A program made the position numbers and the translations under genes. From NCBI GenBank assembly GCA_047495785.1, contig JBLDXI010000030.1, positions 372,001 to 436,000 of the forward strand: 64,000 bases of DNA, written 5' to 3'. The DNA is from Lepidodermella squamata (lineage: Eukaryota; Animalia; Gastrotricha). This document shows, piece by piece, positions 12,528 through 25,928 of this stretch. Position 1 is the stretch's first letter; the number at the start of each line of letters is the position of its first letter. The notes beneath the pieces were generated by a model. The model was not told the origin of the DNA. It searched no databases and worked only from the letters and a program-made list of their open reading frames with translations.

Positions 12528-15453
12528 ATGGTTCCGATCAGCTTCCTCTTGCTTGCAGTAGTACCTTATGCCCTGAGCTACGAGTCGTGCAAATGGAACG
12601 CCACGGTCGCAAATGAACTTAAGACGCAAAGTGTTGTTAGTTACTTAGCTCCCCCGGCTGGTTTCGACCCAACAAGTGACAAAACCTTCCAATTAGGCAA
12701 CATCGTTAGTGTGCAGTGCAGTTCGACCGGTGTGAATACAACGACCAAGTGCCTGGACGGTGGCTGGTGGTCGAAATATGTCACGGGTTGCTCGAATTTC
12801 AGTAAGTGAGGACAAAATCGGATTAAATTAGACGAGATTTACAATATTGAATCGTAGCTTTAACTAGTGAACAAAGCAACCAACGGTGCAATTGGCCTGA
12901 ATCGCAACTACCGGATCACATGTACGTGCTAACGAGAGATCTCAGACAGATTTGGGTGAATACTTCGACTACAACTGGCTTTTCCAATTCCGAGACCATA
13001 ATGCACGTCTGCCCGTCTGGGTCTTACATCGAAGCTACCTGCTTGAACTCTAATTTTTTGCCCAACCCCAGTGGTTATAAATGTGGGGACCCACCGTCGT
13101 CGGTTGTACCTCCGTCAAAGCTGGTGGGTTATTGGCCGTTAACCGCAGATACGAACTTCAGGTCACTATACCCAAGCATGCCAGATTTCGAGCAGATCAA
13201 CAGCGCTATCTCTCGCCCGGATGAGCCGATGAAAACGACAGGCGCCATGATCGGAAGTGCTCCGCTTGGGACGCTAAAAATCCCAGCCTTACCAATAAAA
13301 GGCCCCTTTTCTTCTTGGACAATATCGTTTTTCGCAACTGGAAATACAATAGGCGAGTTGATACGCATCAAACTCAGCCAAACCGAAGCGCATTTAATTG
13401 AAGTTGCCGCGGGAAAGTTGACTGTGACCCTGAGATCTCAAGGCGCTCACGTCATTTCTTTTACCCAATTCGGAACTGTCAAAGGCTATGTGTTGTACAT
13501 GATAGCTTACGACTCGATTTCACAACAGGTGTCCTGCGTTTCATCGGGCGCACTCAGTGCCGCAGTGAAACTCGGCCAGCTGTCAGATGGAACAATATCG
13601 GCTTCAACTGTCGGCCTTTCCGTTTCCGAGAAGTGAGATATTTCTTTCCTGCTGAATTTCGTCTATTAGCATCGATTTCAGGACAACGAGCGAAGGGACC
13701 TTCGCATGTCTGATGATTTTCCAAACTTATTATAGTGACCAGGACTCAGCAGATTTACTAATGCGTTACTGCGTGGGGGGTAAGATCTATTCATTCATTA
13801 CATATTATTCTTGTAAAAACTGCTGTCCCCAGTTATGACAGCTCCAGTTTATATGGCTGACAAATGCCCGAGCCGAAATTGGATTTACGACGAAGGCCTA
13901 TCAATCAATATCGCCAATTATCGTAACTTCAGTTTTACACTGGCTTCAACAACATCTAAGCCAGTTTTTTATTTGAAGATAAACAGTATTATCGAGGGGC
14001 TGCTGCTGAATTCGGTCGAAGTATTCGTTTGTCGGCTATGGGGCAGAAAGGCATTGTTTGGTGTTCATCGGTTTGTTTTTCGTTATTGCGGATAACTTCA
14101 AATTTAACATCTTTCAAACAGTCTTTCAGTGCTTCTCTGGATTTCTACATCGATTTCGACATGACGTTCGACTTTGAGAAAGCAAATCTCGAGTTTTGGT
14201 TCGTCGCAACTCCTACGTCTTTGGACCTAACAAAGGGCTCGATCGATAGCCGAGGAATAAATGTCAACAACGATCGATTTGTCGGAATGCTAGTAACTCG
14301 AGGTGCATCTATGTTGTATGAAGTATACGTTTCTAACACCACTGGACCTCTCTCGAACGCAATCCAGAAATATACGAATTTCCACTCCCCTCCGCCTGAT
14401 TCTGGAATTGTAATCTATAAATGCGGTGTTACCTTGATCATCGCCAGCAAGAGAAGTTCGGGCATTGAGGTATTGATCATTATTGACGTGCCGGAGTTCC
14501 ACGCAATAACAGATCCGATAACGTTTGGCCTTTTTGCGGATTATCCAATTCATGCGCCTCCAACCAAAACAATGGTCTATCTTCATCACGTCAAGTATTA
14601 CACAAATGGAGCCCTAACAACGAGCTCATCCTCAACTTCGACATCGGTATCAACAAGCACCTCAACAACAACATCAGCGTCAACATCCTCGAAGTCCACA
14701 GCAGCATCAGCATCGACCTCAACGCCAATGGCATCGGCTTCAGCTTTAGCATCATCGAAATCCCCCTCAACAGCAGCATCAGCCTTAACATCATCAAAAT
14801 CTTCATCAACCTCGGCATCAACACTAACATCAAAATCAACATCAGCCATAATAAGTCGTTCATCCGTACCGACAAGCTCCGCAAAACCTTGGCTCAACTA
14901 CGAGATATCAGCCTATTTGAAGATAGAAGGCAACAACATTACAATACCTGCATCCAATATGACAATCACCACAGATCCTTGGGACCAAGCCTTGAATCAA
15001 TCGCAGTCAAAAACGTTTATTGCCCTATCAAACTTCATGATGCCAGTAATTTGGGATTTGGCGAACTCGAGCGCTCGAAATTTGAATTGCGAGGTCATTT
15101 GGGTCAATATTACCAGCTTTCGAAAGGGTAGCATCATTTCTGACTATATTGTCGCCCTGCGGAGTTTGACGCAGCTGTCTGAGGAGGAAATCAAGGTCAA
15201 GGTGGAGAAGGCAATGGTGGCTTTAAAGACTGCTGCGAATGCTGTACTAGCCAATGGCTTGCAAGCATACCGCCTTAGCGAGGTTTCTATTCAGAAGATA
15301 GGTGGCCAGGTTTTGAAAGCTCCTGGAGTAACAACAACTCAAAAAATTCAATCGGATCAAGATAATAACAATGGCAATGACAATATAAGCTTTAGCGGCC
15401 TACTGCTATTTGGAATAATAATCATTTCATCCCAGACTTACATAACTATATAG
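12528..15453 (+). CDS. SEA-domain mucin-like glycoprotein, paralog 5
   Basis: Signal peptide MVPISFLLLAVVPYALS, CLDGGWW, GYWPLT, a long S/T/A stalk (~14620-14880), FRKGSIISDY and a hydrophobic tail. Confidence 0.75.
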
Positions 15454-16220
15454 ATCCTAAACTCTGACCTATTAAGCTAAGATTATCGCTTACAGGATTT
15501 ATCTTGTCACTTGATAAATGATAAATATAGTGAAAATCTGTCAATAAACATTGTGGTTTCGCACTACGGATCAAGAACTGTTCATAGTTGCGCCGGATCC
15601 GTCTTGTCTTCAATTTCGCCATTTCCCTTGTTGGCGCTTGGTCGTCCATGATGTCGCCCATTACCGGCGCTTTGTCAAAACTCAATCGAGTGGTTAACTG
15701 GTGACTTAATCGCATATGGGATGCTATAAGCACCACAGTCATGCCAATTCGCAAACAAGCTTATCGAGCAGGATCAGGAAGATTTCAGCTACACTAACTA
15801 CTAACTACCTCGGCGACATGGAGGCTGTTTGTCGATGAATGAGGTCAAAACAAAAATTGCAGCGTTTTGCACTCAAAAGCTAAGAACAACTCCCAGGCCA
15901 GCTGCCTAATCGCACTAGCAGTGGGCGACTTTACATTAATGCCTAATAATAATAATACTTAAATTATTTGCTATAGGATGTTCGAGAATAATATTAAAAA
16001 ATTATCATTATTATTATATTTACCACTGATGCTAACAAACAATTGCTTCGTATCGTCCCCTACAACCAAGCTAATTTCGGATAGAATGTATGCTCAGTTG
16101 TCGACGAGTTAAAAATAAAATGGTCCATAAACATCCTCAAGCTGCTCGATCATCCATAGTTTCATCCAGTCATTCATCCGCTTTTCGTTTTAATTAAAAT
16201 TGTCAATTAAAACCTTGGTT

Positions 16221-17746
16221 ATGGCTTTCAGACTGGCTGTTATCGCGGCGACATTAGGCATTGTCGTTAGTCGTAAGTTACCGTCTCTCTAATCCTTCCT
16301 AGGCTCATGTCGATTTCGCCTTTTCAGAAACAACTGTCAGTCCTGCGAAGACTGTCGAATGCTCGGCTGGAGTGAGCACGACCGACGCGTTCAATACCGA
16401 CGGCATGCTGTACGATCTCAACTATCGGTATGTCTACTGCCCCGACGGCAGCTACTTGACCTCGTGGAAGCTCAAATTCACTCCGAATGCGTCTGCTTCG
16501 TCTGCCCAGTATGAATACAAGTGCTGCAAGGCGCCGTCTGTCGGAAAGTGCAGACAGGTTACGAATGACCTGACGGATGGTAATGGCTTTGCTGCTGTCT
16601 CCCTCGAAAAACAGGATATCAAGTGCAACGCGAATGAGTTTCTGAAAGGCTTCCACCTGACCACATTGTGGAGTCAGATCAGATTCAACTACGCATGCTG
16701 CCAGGTTAGTATCGAGATCGTGTACCAAATTTACCTACGAGCTCGTAAGGTTCGACTGAAACAAGCGTATGGTGAGATCCCCCACTTTGGGGGAGGTTTC
16801 TGATGGCCAAGGCCTAAGAGTCCAGAAAACGTTCAGATTATCAGGCGCCATCTCACCATCTCACATGTTTATTTTTCATTTCCAGATTGAAGGCGAATTC
16901 GATGTTATTCCCAGGGCGCTAACAACCGATTACGACAAGGAAAGTAACAAAACGACGACCTTAGACCGCCACAATCTCGCCTGCGCGGACGGTGAGCTCA
17001 TGCAGAGGTGGCACCTGCAACGCGATGTAGACCAGGGTATGGTGCGCTTTGAATACACATGCGCTAAAATCAATCTGCGTGAGTTGCAATCCGCACAAGA
17101 CAGGTTTAAATTGAAAAATATTGCTTCCATGTAGCTCCGAAGTGGTACGAGAAGTGCTCTAATGCCACCCTGAAAACCAGACTGGCCGATGACCCTGATG
17201 GCAAAACGTACCAGCTCAATTTGCAGACCGTGCAATGTCCCGAGAGGAACTACATCACTTCCTTCGGACTGGCCAGGCCTAGCGCAACCACCGTCCAGTA
17301 CGCGTACACGTGTTGCGCTGCCCCCATGGTGCCGGTGTGCCGCGAAATCCAGAACGCTTGGACCCCTGGCTACTACGGCGACACCAACTTTCTGGACAGG
17401 CAAGCTGTCATATGCAAAGCTAACGAAGTCCTGAACCGATTTGTCCTAGTTACCGACCGTCTCACAATTGCCGAAGGTTCAATTACCTACTACTACACTT
17501 GCTGCTCGGTGCGAATTTCAGAATTCAAACTGCTACTGTTTTAATAAAATGTGTTTACAGGTCACAGGTAAGGTCACCACTACCAACCATGTGACTGATG
17601 AAATCGACCACAAGGGCAAAACGTTTGCTCTCGCCAACTACCGCCCGACCTGTCCCGACGGCAGGTTGCTGCAACAGTTCCAACTGAAGCGCGGTCCTGG
17701 CGGCAACCACCGATACGAGTACACCTGTGCTAAGGTCGAGGAGTGA
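16221..17746 (+). CDS. Secreted Cys-rich protein with 2x3 internal repeats (dermatopontin-like periodicity), 5 exons, ~393 aa
   Basis: Exons 16221-16272, 16328-16704, 16886-17078, 17135-17508 and 17561-17746; all introns GT-AG; total 1182 nt in frame. Signal peptide MAFRLAVIAATLGIVVS. Six repeats of L(D)R-x-x-V-x-C...L..F.L...Y.Y.C(C). Confidence 0.8.
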
Positions 17747-19248
17747 ATAGGACAAGAGGAGCAGCTTGCAGTTTAGTCGAGAAATTGATGGTAAATTATG
17801 GTTGAAGGGAATAAATCGTAATCATTCATTACTCGAGGCGGTTGATAGTCAGCAGATTAGTGATCAGCGTTGAATGAATAAAACGAGGCATAATGTGTGA
17901 ACATTTTGATTCAGGAAGTCCCCCCATCTCATGATTCCTAGTCACCCTCTTGTCTATCCTCTATTTATTCGTACAGTTCTGAGCTAGCTTTCGACGCACG
18001 GTTTCTAAGATTTTTCGACCTCCTGAAAACATACAAGGGATATTACGAAAAATTCCGGGCACTTGGTGCGTTAACAGAAACTTTGATCAACACTATGTCT
18101 AGCACCACCTGCGAGGAAATACTTCCAAACCATGTTACTAATCGCCTAGATAGCGCGGCGAATACCCAATAAGAGTGGGGTCATAAAATATAAAGTAACT
18201 CTACCTATTTATTGATTCTCATGATTCTGATAATTGATCCTCATTTATTCAAAATATCTGTGAACGATCTAGGCCTAGTTATTAAACATCCGAAAACTGG
18301 CCGAAAATTCTTCGTAAAAATAAAAAAATACCACTCAGGGTGTATCTCAGGGAGCTCGAACTGACTGGGTTTGGTGTAATCCTAAAATCCGAATCCCTTT
18401 AACGAATGAACGATATCCAATTGGAATAAATCTATGCCTCTGACTCAACGAGAATCTGAACTTTCGAAGAAGCTCAATAATTTTCACGTTAATGTGGAGC
18501 CAATTTTGTTGTTGTTTTGTATTATCAATATCAAAATGGACAAATGGAATTTGAACCGGACTGAATTTGACTCTGATTTTTCTGCCGGCTATGAGTGAGT
18601 GGATTGCCCGATTAACATTGTTGTAAGCAGACTTAAGCTCTTAAATTAATAAATAAATGCTTCCTTTATGTCGATTTTCCTTTTCCCTATCAGTTCCGCG
18701 GTCCTACTTCGCTCCATGAATGTGGTCTGTAATCGCAACACAAATTTCCAGCGAACTGGGTGAAATCTGATTTTATCAACCTTTTTCAACTTTATTGAAC
18801 TAAATGTAATTTTGGCTTACCTGATATGTTTTTGACAATTGATAAGCCCGAAGTTAAATAAAGAGCGGGAGTTCGAAGAACTCTGGGCTTTCTGCTTTTT
18901 GGGTTCTGTTTTATCTTGTTCTGGGCTTTTTATTTAATTTCCCTTGAAAATTTCCAGCGCGATTTATGCCAATTTTCCAATTCGCTGAATGAACGTGGCG
19001 ATCGGTTACTTCAGCCGGCCGGACATGCATTATTCAGCAGCCGGTTGTCACCAACAAACCATTAATCACATAGACACACTACGCGCATGCAAACACTACG
19101 CGCGTGCGTGGTGATATCACACATTGCCTATCACTCAATCGCTGCCGAGGGGGAGCAATTTCCCGTGGGGCTGGTGCGTCCATCCAGCCTATATCAATAT
19201 ACAACCGGGGGAACAATAATATTCGGTCAAACCTTATACAGAGATAAA

Positions 19249-19689
19249 ATGCTTATCGAAATTGTAGCAATTCTAACTTTGCTTAACTTTGCCTCAATTC
19301 AAGCGCTAGATCGATGCGTCTCTAAGTTGGACCACGGCGTTTGCAGGCAGAGTTTGACATCGGAAAATGGGCGATGTAGCCTTCAAGTTCAGCCTGACAT
19401 GAACGTTGTGCTCTACAACGCGTTCGGCAAGCAAATCTGGGCTACAAATACGGCTGAGCGACTTCAAATTCGCCATTCGTTGGTCATGCAGCCTGATGGA
19501 AATCTCGTGCTGTACAGGTCTTGCAAACCGAGAAAGGCGAAGTGTATCAGCCCGGTTTGGAGTTCTGGCACGGCTGGTTTCGGCGATGGGCCGTACACTT
19601 TGAAGGTTCAAAATGATTGCAATCTTGTCATCTACGACAGCAATTTGCTGCCGGTTTGGGCGACAAATACTCACGATAGGAACCGCTAG
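19249..19689 (+). CDS. Secreted bulb-type (GNA-like) mannose-binding lectin, intronless, 146 aa
   Basis: Signal peptide from ATG 19249. Three QxDxNxVxY motifs (QPDMNVVLY, QPDGNLVLY, QNDCNLVIY), each followed by W(A/S)(T/S)xT. AATAAA at ~19780. Confidence 0.9.
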   Translation: MLIEIVAILTLLNFASIQALDRCVSKLDHGVCRQSLTSENGRCSLQVQPDMNVVLYNAFGKQIWATNTAERLQIRHSLVMQPDGNLVLYRSCKPRKAKCISPVWSSGTAGFGDGPYTLKVQNDCNLVIYDSNLLPVWATNTHDRNR

Positions 19690-22081
19690 TTGGTTTCCTC
19701 ATGGTTTCACTTTTGAAAACTTGTATAATTTCGATTCTTTGAAAGAATTCTTATAATGCTGAGAACTTGGTGTTATTCAAATAAAGCTTCAACTATTGCA
19801 AGACGACTGTTCCCAAGCAATATCAGCTCAATAGTTTGCGGGCTCGGCAAAAGACAAGAAATAACACCGGGCTTTATTAAAAAATAGATAAATCAGTTTC
19901 GAGTAGAGGCATTAACGCAGCAGGCAATGTGTAGTATTCAGCTAAGATTGAACATCATTTCGTGATTTTTCCTATGAAAATGAAGCAATGCAAATAAAAA
20001 ACAAGCTGAATTCTTAGCTTACCGCTGATTGCACACTTTGTTTAGAGGAATTATTAGCGGTCGTTTTGTCCATTTTAGCCATTATTTTTTTCCATGCCTG
20101 TTAACATTTTGAACCATATTGCAAAAATTCAATGTATCGTTTTACACGCTTGGTAAGTGGTATGCTACCTTAACTTGGGTGCGAAGTACCCAAGTGCTAG
20201 CTCCATGCCTCCAGCTAAAACAGCCACAGGGGGACCGTTTGGTTTTTTCGGATGGGCCAAGATGGGGGATTCGGATAATAATAAAGCCCTGGATGCTTTG
20301 ATATTGCTCAGCTCCCCAAGAAATAAAAAGGCCTTTAATTAACCTCGAAACTTGAGAACTTGAGAAATAATGGGACATATAGTTAATAAAAACATTCACG
20401 TGAACATATCAAATCGCAGGGTCAGGACGGAAGTTTACCGGCATTCAATATCAGTTTCCTTTCAGTCCCTCCAGCTGAAATCGATCTGTTTTTATGAGAT
20501 GGGCCAAACTTGGTATGAGAAACAATTCCGTCGATTCGAAAGCTATCCCTGGGGAGAGAAATGTGGGATTTATTTACCCTAGAACCGCAAAATTTGCAAT
20601 TCGAGCCCGCTTGCCCGAAGGGGTGTAAAAGTCTCAGGCATTGCAAAAATAAGCATGACATGGATTACTTGGTATAACCACTATCGATTTGAAGTATATT
20701 TTAAACTTTCTTCACTGTTTCTAGGCAGGTTCGTGCTTGCTGCCCAGTCCCTCCCAAAACTGCTTAAATTCGGGTGGAATAGGGTGCTTAATCTTAAATT
20801 GCCAACGGATAATAAGTTTTGACCAACGGAATCAGTGGGACATACTGGAGTCATATATCAATATTTAAGCGTAATAAACTGATTAAGTAGATGCAAACAC
20901 TTCAAACTTACCCAATCCTTAGCATCAGAAGCTGCTGTCCTTTCGATATTTGTTAATTTAAGGCGGAAGGAAGCCACTCTAGCTTTCGATTCCTCGACGG
21001 GCGGCCATTTCGCTCCATTTATCGCGAGAACTACGTTTTTGACAACCAAACGTTGCTGCATTCTTAAAATTGCTTTATTCCGATAAAGAATAAAATACTA
21101 GAATTTGGCAGGACCACGGTCACTTTAAAATACCGACTGATAGCCGAAATTTAGCTAATTATTTTACGAGTGATAAGCAGAAAAACGTGAAAATATTTAG
21201 CCGACTCGAGGTGTTGATGTTGTGTTTTGATATTCGCAGGCCTTTTGCGTGTATTCAGCTGTTTTAACGAGCGCATACAGTAATATACTAATAATATATG
21301 CATAATTGATAGCTGTATATGGTAATCATAATAATAAAATTAACGCTATACCCGTATGTGTGTGTGTGTATCAGAATGTGTTTTTTTTAACTCGCTCAGA
21401 AATATATAGCCATTAAATGCATTTAGGCGTGATGCTGGCGCGTACCTGCAGTGCTCGTCGGTGCGATCAAAATTCAATTAATACAAAACACGGAGTGCGC
21501 GTATATATCTTTATGCAACGTTTTTTGCGGTGCTTCATGACAAAAACTGGCAAATAATGAATTTGTTCTCATTCACAACTATCATGGTACTATCAGGAAA
21601 AAGTAACCTTTCTTGAGCTTCTGTTTACGAACGGCGTCACAGAACCGCAAACAGCTGTTCGCCGGATTTGTTTTTCACAACTGTGGAACCCAAATTCGCT
21701 ATTTTGCCACAGTATTTTCAATTTTCATTAATTACTTGAAAAATATCGGGATTTCTACAATTCAAAATCTCACTAAGTTCTCTGCACGAACAATTTGCTG
21801 GCATTGAAGTCTTAAGGCTTGTTGAGGTCTATTACCAAAACCCCAGTATAAGACTATACGTTTATGCAATGAAATTGATTGATCACACGTTTTGATCACG
21901 TGTGCACGTGTGACCTTTGACCTGCAAAACAGGAGTATAATGCAGTCCTAATAATTCCCACGGTTCCGATAAGATGCGGGTAATTTATTTTTTTAAACCT
22001 CAATTAAGCTGGTAAATTGGCATATTCCTGATAATCTGAGGGTGCATACAATTTCGAGGCTCATTTCATTGTGACATCGTA

Positions 22082-22870
22082 CAGTGCTCATAAAAAGTCA
22101 TGTCAACTGAAGAAAAGAGGCACGCGCCGCCAAAATTTTCGAAAATTTTTTTTGCACGTGCCAGCGTGTTATTTACGCCCAATTCTCACTAAATTTCATC
22201 AAGTCAATAGTAAAAGACCTAAAAAGAGTAGATTGATAATGAGAGTAAAACATTGGTGATGAATCTCGCCAAATATTATACCAATCCACCTAATCCACCT
22301 AATCCGCCTAATCCGCCTAATCCGCCTAATCCGCCTAATCCGCCTAATCCACCTAATTCGCCTTTACTGAGAGCTTAGAATTATGGTTTTCAGCTTTGAG
22401 GAGCTAATTGTAGGTTTAAGGACGCCAAATCGCTGACTCAAGGAAAGATCAACAGTGAATAGACAGATAGTATTCGGCTAGAGTTTATTAGTTTGAATCT
22501 AAAATGTGATGACACTGGCCCTCACCAAAAAACTTTCCAAATGAGCTTTGAAGATGGCGAAGATTAAGAGATATTACAAAATTGGAATTAAAATATAGCG
22601 ACAAATGGAGCGATAATTCAATGTAAGGAGAGATAATCGGTAATCGTTCATAAAACAAAAAAATATAATTTTATCAAGCAAAAAAACTGCCTCTTAAATC
22701 AAAAATTTCCGTTACAGAGCATGTTTAAATGGATGAGATTGTGTTGTTTATGTGTTAGTTTTTCATTAAAGCCGGGGCCGTGTTTGAAGAACATGTGCAA
22801 AATGAATGAATTAATGGACTTGGCACGTGCCAGTGTTCAGCTACTATGACATGACTTTTTCATGGCTCTG
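22082..22870. mobile_element. Tc1/mariner-type non-autonomous element inserted ~30 bp downstream of the knottin copy 1 stop codon
   Basis: TA on both flanks. Imperfect TIR CAGTGCTCATAAAAAGTCATGTCA vs revcomp CAGAGCCATGAAAAAGTCATGTCA. Removal restores CGTATGAGTCA, the 3' motif of sister genes (e.g. ~50242). Confidence 0.7.
22285..22362. repeat. 9-bp minisatellite (CCRCCTAAT)x8
   Basis: Direct tandem repeat visible in the sequence, inside the Tc1-like element. Confidence 0.9.
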
Positions 22871-22902
22871 TATGAGTCAACTTTCTCATGTTTTATCTTG
22901 TG

Positions 22903-23292
22903 TTATTCGCATCTGCAGACGTTATGAAATCCAGACCATGAAGGAGCCCTGTGGCAGAACAATGAAATTTCAGTTGATTAATTCGAAGTAAAGCTTACAG
23001 GCCTGCACAGCAAGGAGTACCGCCGCGGCAGTCTTCGTACTTCCCAGCGCATGTTGGCTCCTGCTGATCTTGGGAGCAGAAGCATATGGCGCCCCATACA
23101 CGCGTATGTGCCGTGCTACAATTTTTCGAAGTTGCTAGAGGACATTTTGAAAGGGTGATCATCTTACAGGCCTGGGCAGCAGTCTTCATCAAGGCAGCTC
23201 TGGCCAACACCTGCACAATTTTGTGCGGTCCCCGAAGGAATGACTACAGAGATGACGGCAAAAACAGCCACGCAAACAAAGATACGGTTCAT
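22903..23292 (-). CDS. Secreted double-knottin-like peptide, copy 1 (3 exons, 95 aa)
   Basis: Exons 23292-23168, 23115-22999 and 22948-22903. Product: MNRIFVCVAVFAVISVVIPSGTAQNCAGVGQSCLDEDCCPGLTAHTRVWGAICFCSQDQQEPTCAGKYEDCRGGTPCCAGLAPSWSGFHNVCRCE. Confidence 0.9.
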
Positions 23293-23617
23293 TTCAGATA
23301 TTTTAGCGTAATTGCAATCAAATAATAATGTACTGAAGTAATTACTGGAATTTTGTGATGCAAAACTGGGCAATTTATATTGCAGAGGCTATGAGTTTCC
23401 GCTGGTCGTTCTCACGCCCAAGCCGCTTCCTTGCGCTGATAAGAGGCACGCTATGTCTCAAAAAGTAGGTCGGCTTGATTGCCACTCGGGAAAAATACTA
23501 CTCAGTTTTGATGTTTCACTGCATAATGCTATTCTGCCAGGTGCCAGGTGACACGGTAAGTGAGAGGTGTAAACACCGAGTGAATAATATCAGATTAAAC
23601 GTTTGAGGTCCTGTGGA

Positions 23618-23716
23618 CAGTGTGCAAAGTAGGATCCGGGAGCTGAGTTTCCAACTTCGAGGACTTTTCGAGAACCCAGCCGAAGCAGCCAAGGGTTCCC
23701 CTCTGTGATTTTTCCA
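23618..23716. mobile_element. Partial copy of the hAT-type MITE found at 36340
   Basis: cagtgtgcaaagtaggatccgggagctgag...gccgaag...aaggg matches the left part of 36340-36436. I could not find a right TIR. Confidence 0.55.
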
Positions 23717-24820
23717 AATGTGAATTCCCTCTGTGATGGCATGATTACGATCGGGGCGGAACCGCGCATCGAGGCCCAGTGCAAGATCCGAGAATTCGAC
23801 GAGACAGGCGGTGATGAAATGAGCGACAGAATCGACGGTAAATTCAGGTTTCGGGGCCATTATTGCCGAGGGAAGTTCAAATGATTTCTCTTTGGATTTT
23901 GTCATTTTCGAGCGTCTTGCTATCCTGCAGCAGGGTTCTGGGTTGTTGCTGCAACTCTTGCTTGTAAGTCTTTGGCCGTTATCTGAAAGTTGCCTACCGC
24001 CTGAAGATGCTTTGTGGTTGTCTTTGATCGAGCCCTGCAACATTCGAGCACATGGAAGGTTAGTTTGGAACGCTGAGGATCCAGTTAGGGCTGCATAGCG
24101 AAATCAGTAAACGAGCAAAAGCGAGCAAACGCAGCCTTTCTGCGAAATATACTTTACTAAAACTTCCTGGAATTAAGCAATCTTGAATGGCTCAGAATAC
24201 AGAAACACTTTTCTTGTACGAATGACTGTATGAATCGAGGTTCCGCAGGAACCGAAGATGATAGATTCACAATTTTCGCGACTTTAATGGTCAGTTGGAA
24301 GGAAGTTTGCGTGGAAGCGTTTAACTGGTCGAGTAAGCACGAGTTATTTGGAATAACAGGTTTTGATGAGAAAAGCCGACGTGCCGAAAGCCGAAATTCA
24401 GCCTAGTTAACTACTTCCGAAGCGGATTGGTCAGCAGTGATTTCAGCGGACAATTTATACCAGCTTTTGTGAAATTGAGTAAAGATTCGGATACAATTTG
24501 AGAAGCTAATAATTAGATACCCAGCTTTTTCAAGCTTCCGTTCGACATATTCACACGTGCAGATCCATAATAGAGCCGTACATTGAAACACCGCCTTCCA
24601 GATGCAATCAGCTGGATTCGCATAGATCTGCAAACATTCAATAAGCAGAGCCATATGTGGCAATTTATCGCAGCAAGAGCGGCGAACAGAAGTGTCAGAG
24701 CAAGAGCGGCCACTCGCTACGACGCTATTTCATAGTCCCACCTAGATTTTCCTAATTTTCCTATCCTAATTTGCTATCCTATCCTATCATAATGTCCTGA
24801 GTTTTCGCTAATACGAGTAC

Positions 24821-25199
24821 AGTAGTAAGAAATACCGATACTAGCCCGGGCAGCCGGCCAGGTGAATATGACCTGATAACTCGAATTAAATTAAATTGAA
24901 ATTCAAGTGACACCGCGTAAATGGGCGGGGGTCTTGTCCGTCTGGGTTTGGTGGGGTAGGGCCCGCACCACCGGGCGGACCGGGTAGTTCAAACCCCGCC
25001 CCTTTTCAAGCGATGATGAATCGATAATAACGGGAGTGGTTTCAATCTTTCTCTTCAAGCGAAATTCAGTTCCTAGTGTCTCATCACACGACTGGTTCAG
25101 CTGGCAGCGATGATCGATGACCTGAAAACTGAAATAGGGTGATTCAATTGACGCGGTGTTAATGCCTTGAAACAAAATGGCGTCCCGGGCGCTGTACAT
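24821..25199. repeat. Left TIR of the Polinton
   Basis: Reverse complement of 47199-47577, with only a few mismatches near the inner end. Confidence 0.95.
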
Positions 25200-25283
25200 G
25201 AACGAATAAATCTAACTTTATTCTCCCAGAGCAAAATTTCTCTCAAAGCGATATTGCTCTTGAACCGAAAGTGGGACGACATC

Positions 25284-25761
25284 TTATTTTATTGCAATAT
25301 ATAGAAGGGTCAAACAGAGTGATAGTGCAGGCTTGATCACACCGCTACGAGGGCCGCCGTTCTTTTTGCTTGCCCAAATAGGACCGCAGTCCAAAGTTTC
25401 GGTGTTGCAAAAGTCAGTACAACACTGGCAATAAGTTCCGGAACCATTCATTGTCAAATTAAGATAACTGACTCCCGAAGAGCAAGGCGGACTGTTCTTG
25501 TCAACGCAAGTGTATTGAACGAAGCCTGCGTTGCCTCCTTCGAACGAATAGGCCACTTTCTAATAACGGGAAGATGAAAAATTTCAAGCATGATGCAGCC
25601 ATACATACCACACATTGAATGCAGCCGGTGGATGATCCTATCCCTGCCTGCTGCGTTCCTGTTAATGTTGAGTAGTAGCTCCCCTTAAAGTTTTGGAATC
25701 CCTGATAGCAGTTCAAAGCATGAATGATGGGCAACTGAGTGAGAATAAGAAATAACAGCAT
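25284..25761 (-). CDS. Ly6/uPAR three-finger protein A, GPI-type tail (2 exons, 142 aa), inside the Polinton
   Basis: Exons 25761-25609 and 25559-25284 with a 49-nt GT-AG intron. Signal peptide, then ALNCY...CIQC...C...C...CQCCTDFCN, then a hydrophobic tail. Confidence 0.8.
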
Positions 25762-25928
25762 TTTTGCAGTTGAACGTAGACTGATAATAAACAGATGGCA
25801 TAATGCTGTGGCTTGATGCTTCGTTGCCTGGCTACAGTCTCCCAGTCGCTATGGGGAAAATCGATTTGCAGCTGCTCTCACCACGAACGCCGTCAGTGCG
25901 ATAGCTTGGTACATTTATTGTCGTTGAC

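Noticed and set aside
14591-14897. Antisense V/D/A-rich and M/L-rich ORFs
   Set aside because: Shadows of the Ser/Thr/Ala stalk on the + strand.
22285-22362. Possible telomeric (TTAGG-containing) or CRISPR-like array
   Set aside because: The unit is 9 bp with no spacers and lies inside a Tc1-like element; a plain minisatellite.
23516-24043. 175-aa minus-strand ORF
   Set aside because: Non-ATG start, overlaps a MITE fragment and has no recognisable motif.
24903-25199. Near-identical 98-aa ORFs at 24903-25199 (-) and 47199-47495 (+)
   Set aside because: They are the two TIR copies read in mirror image; there is no independent sign of coding.
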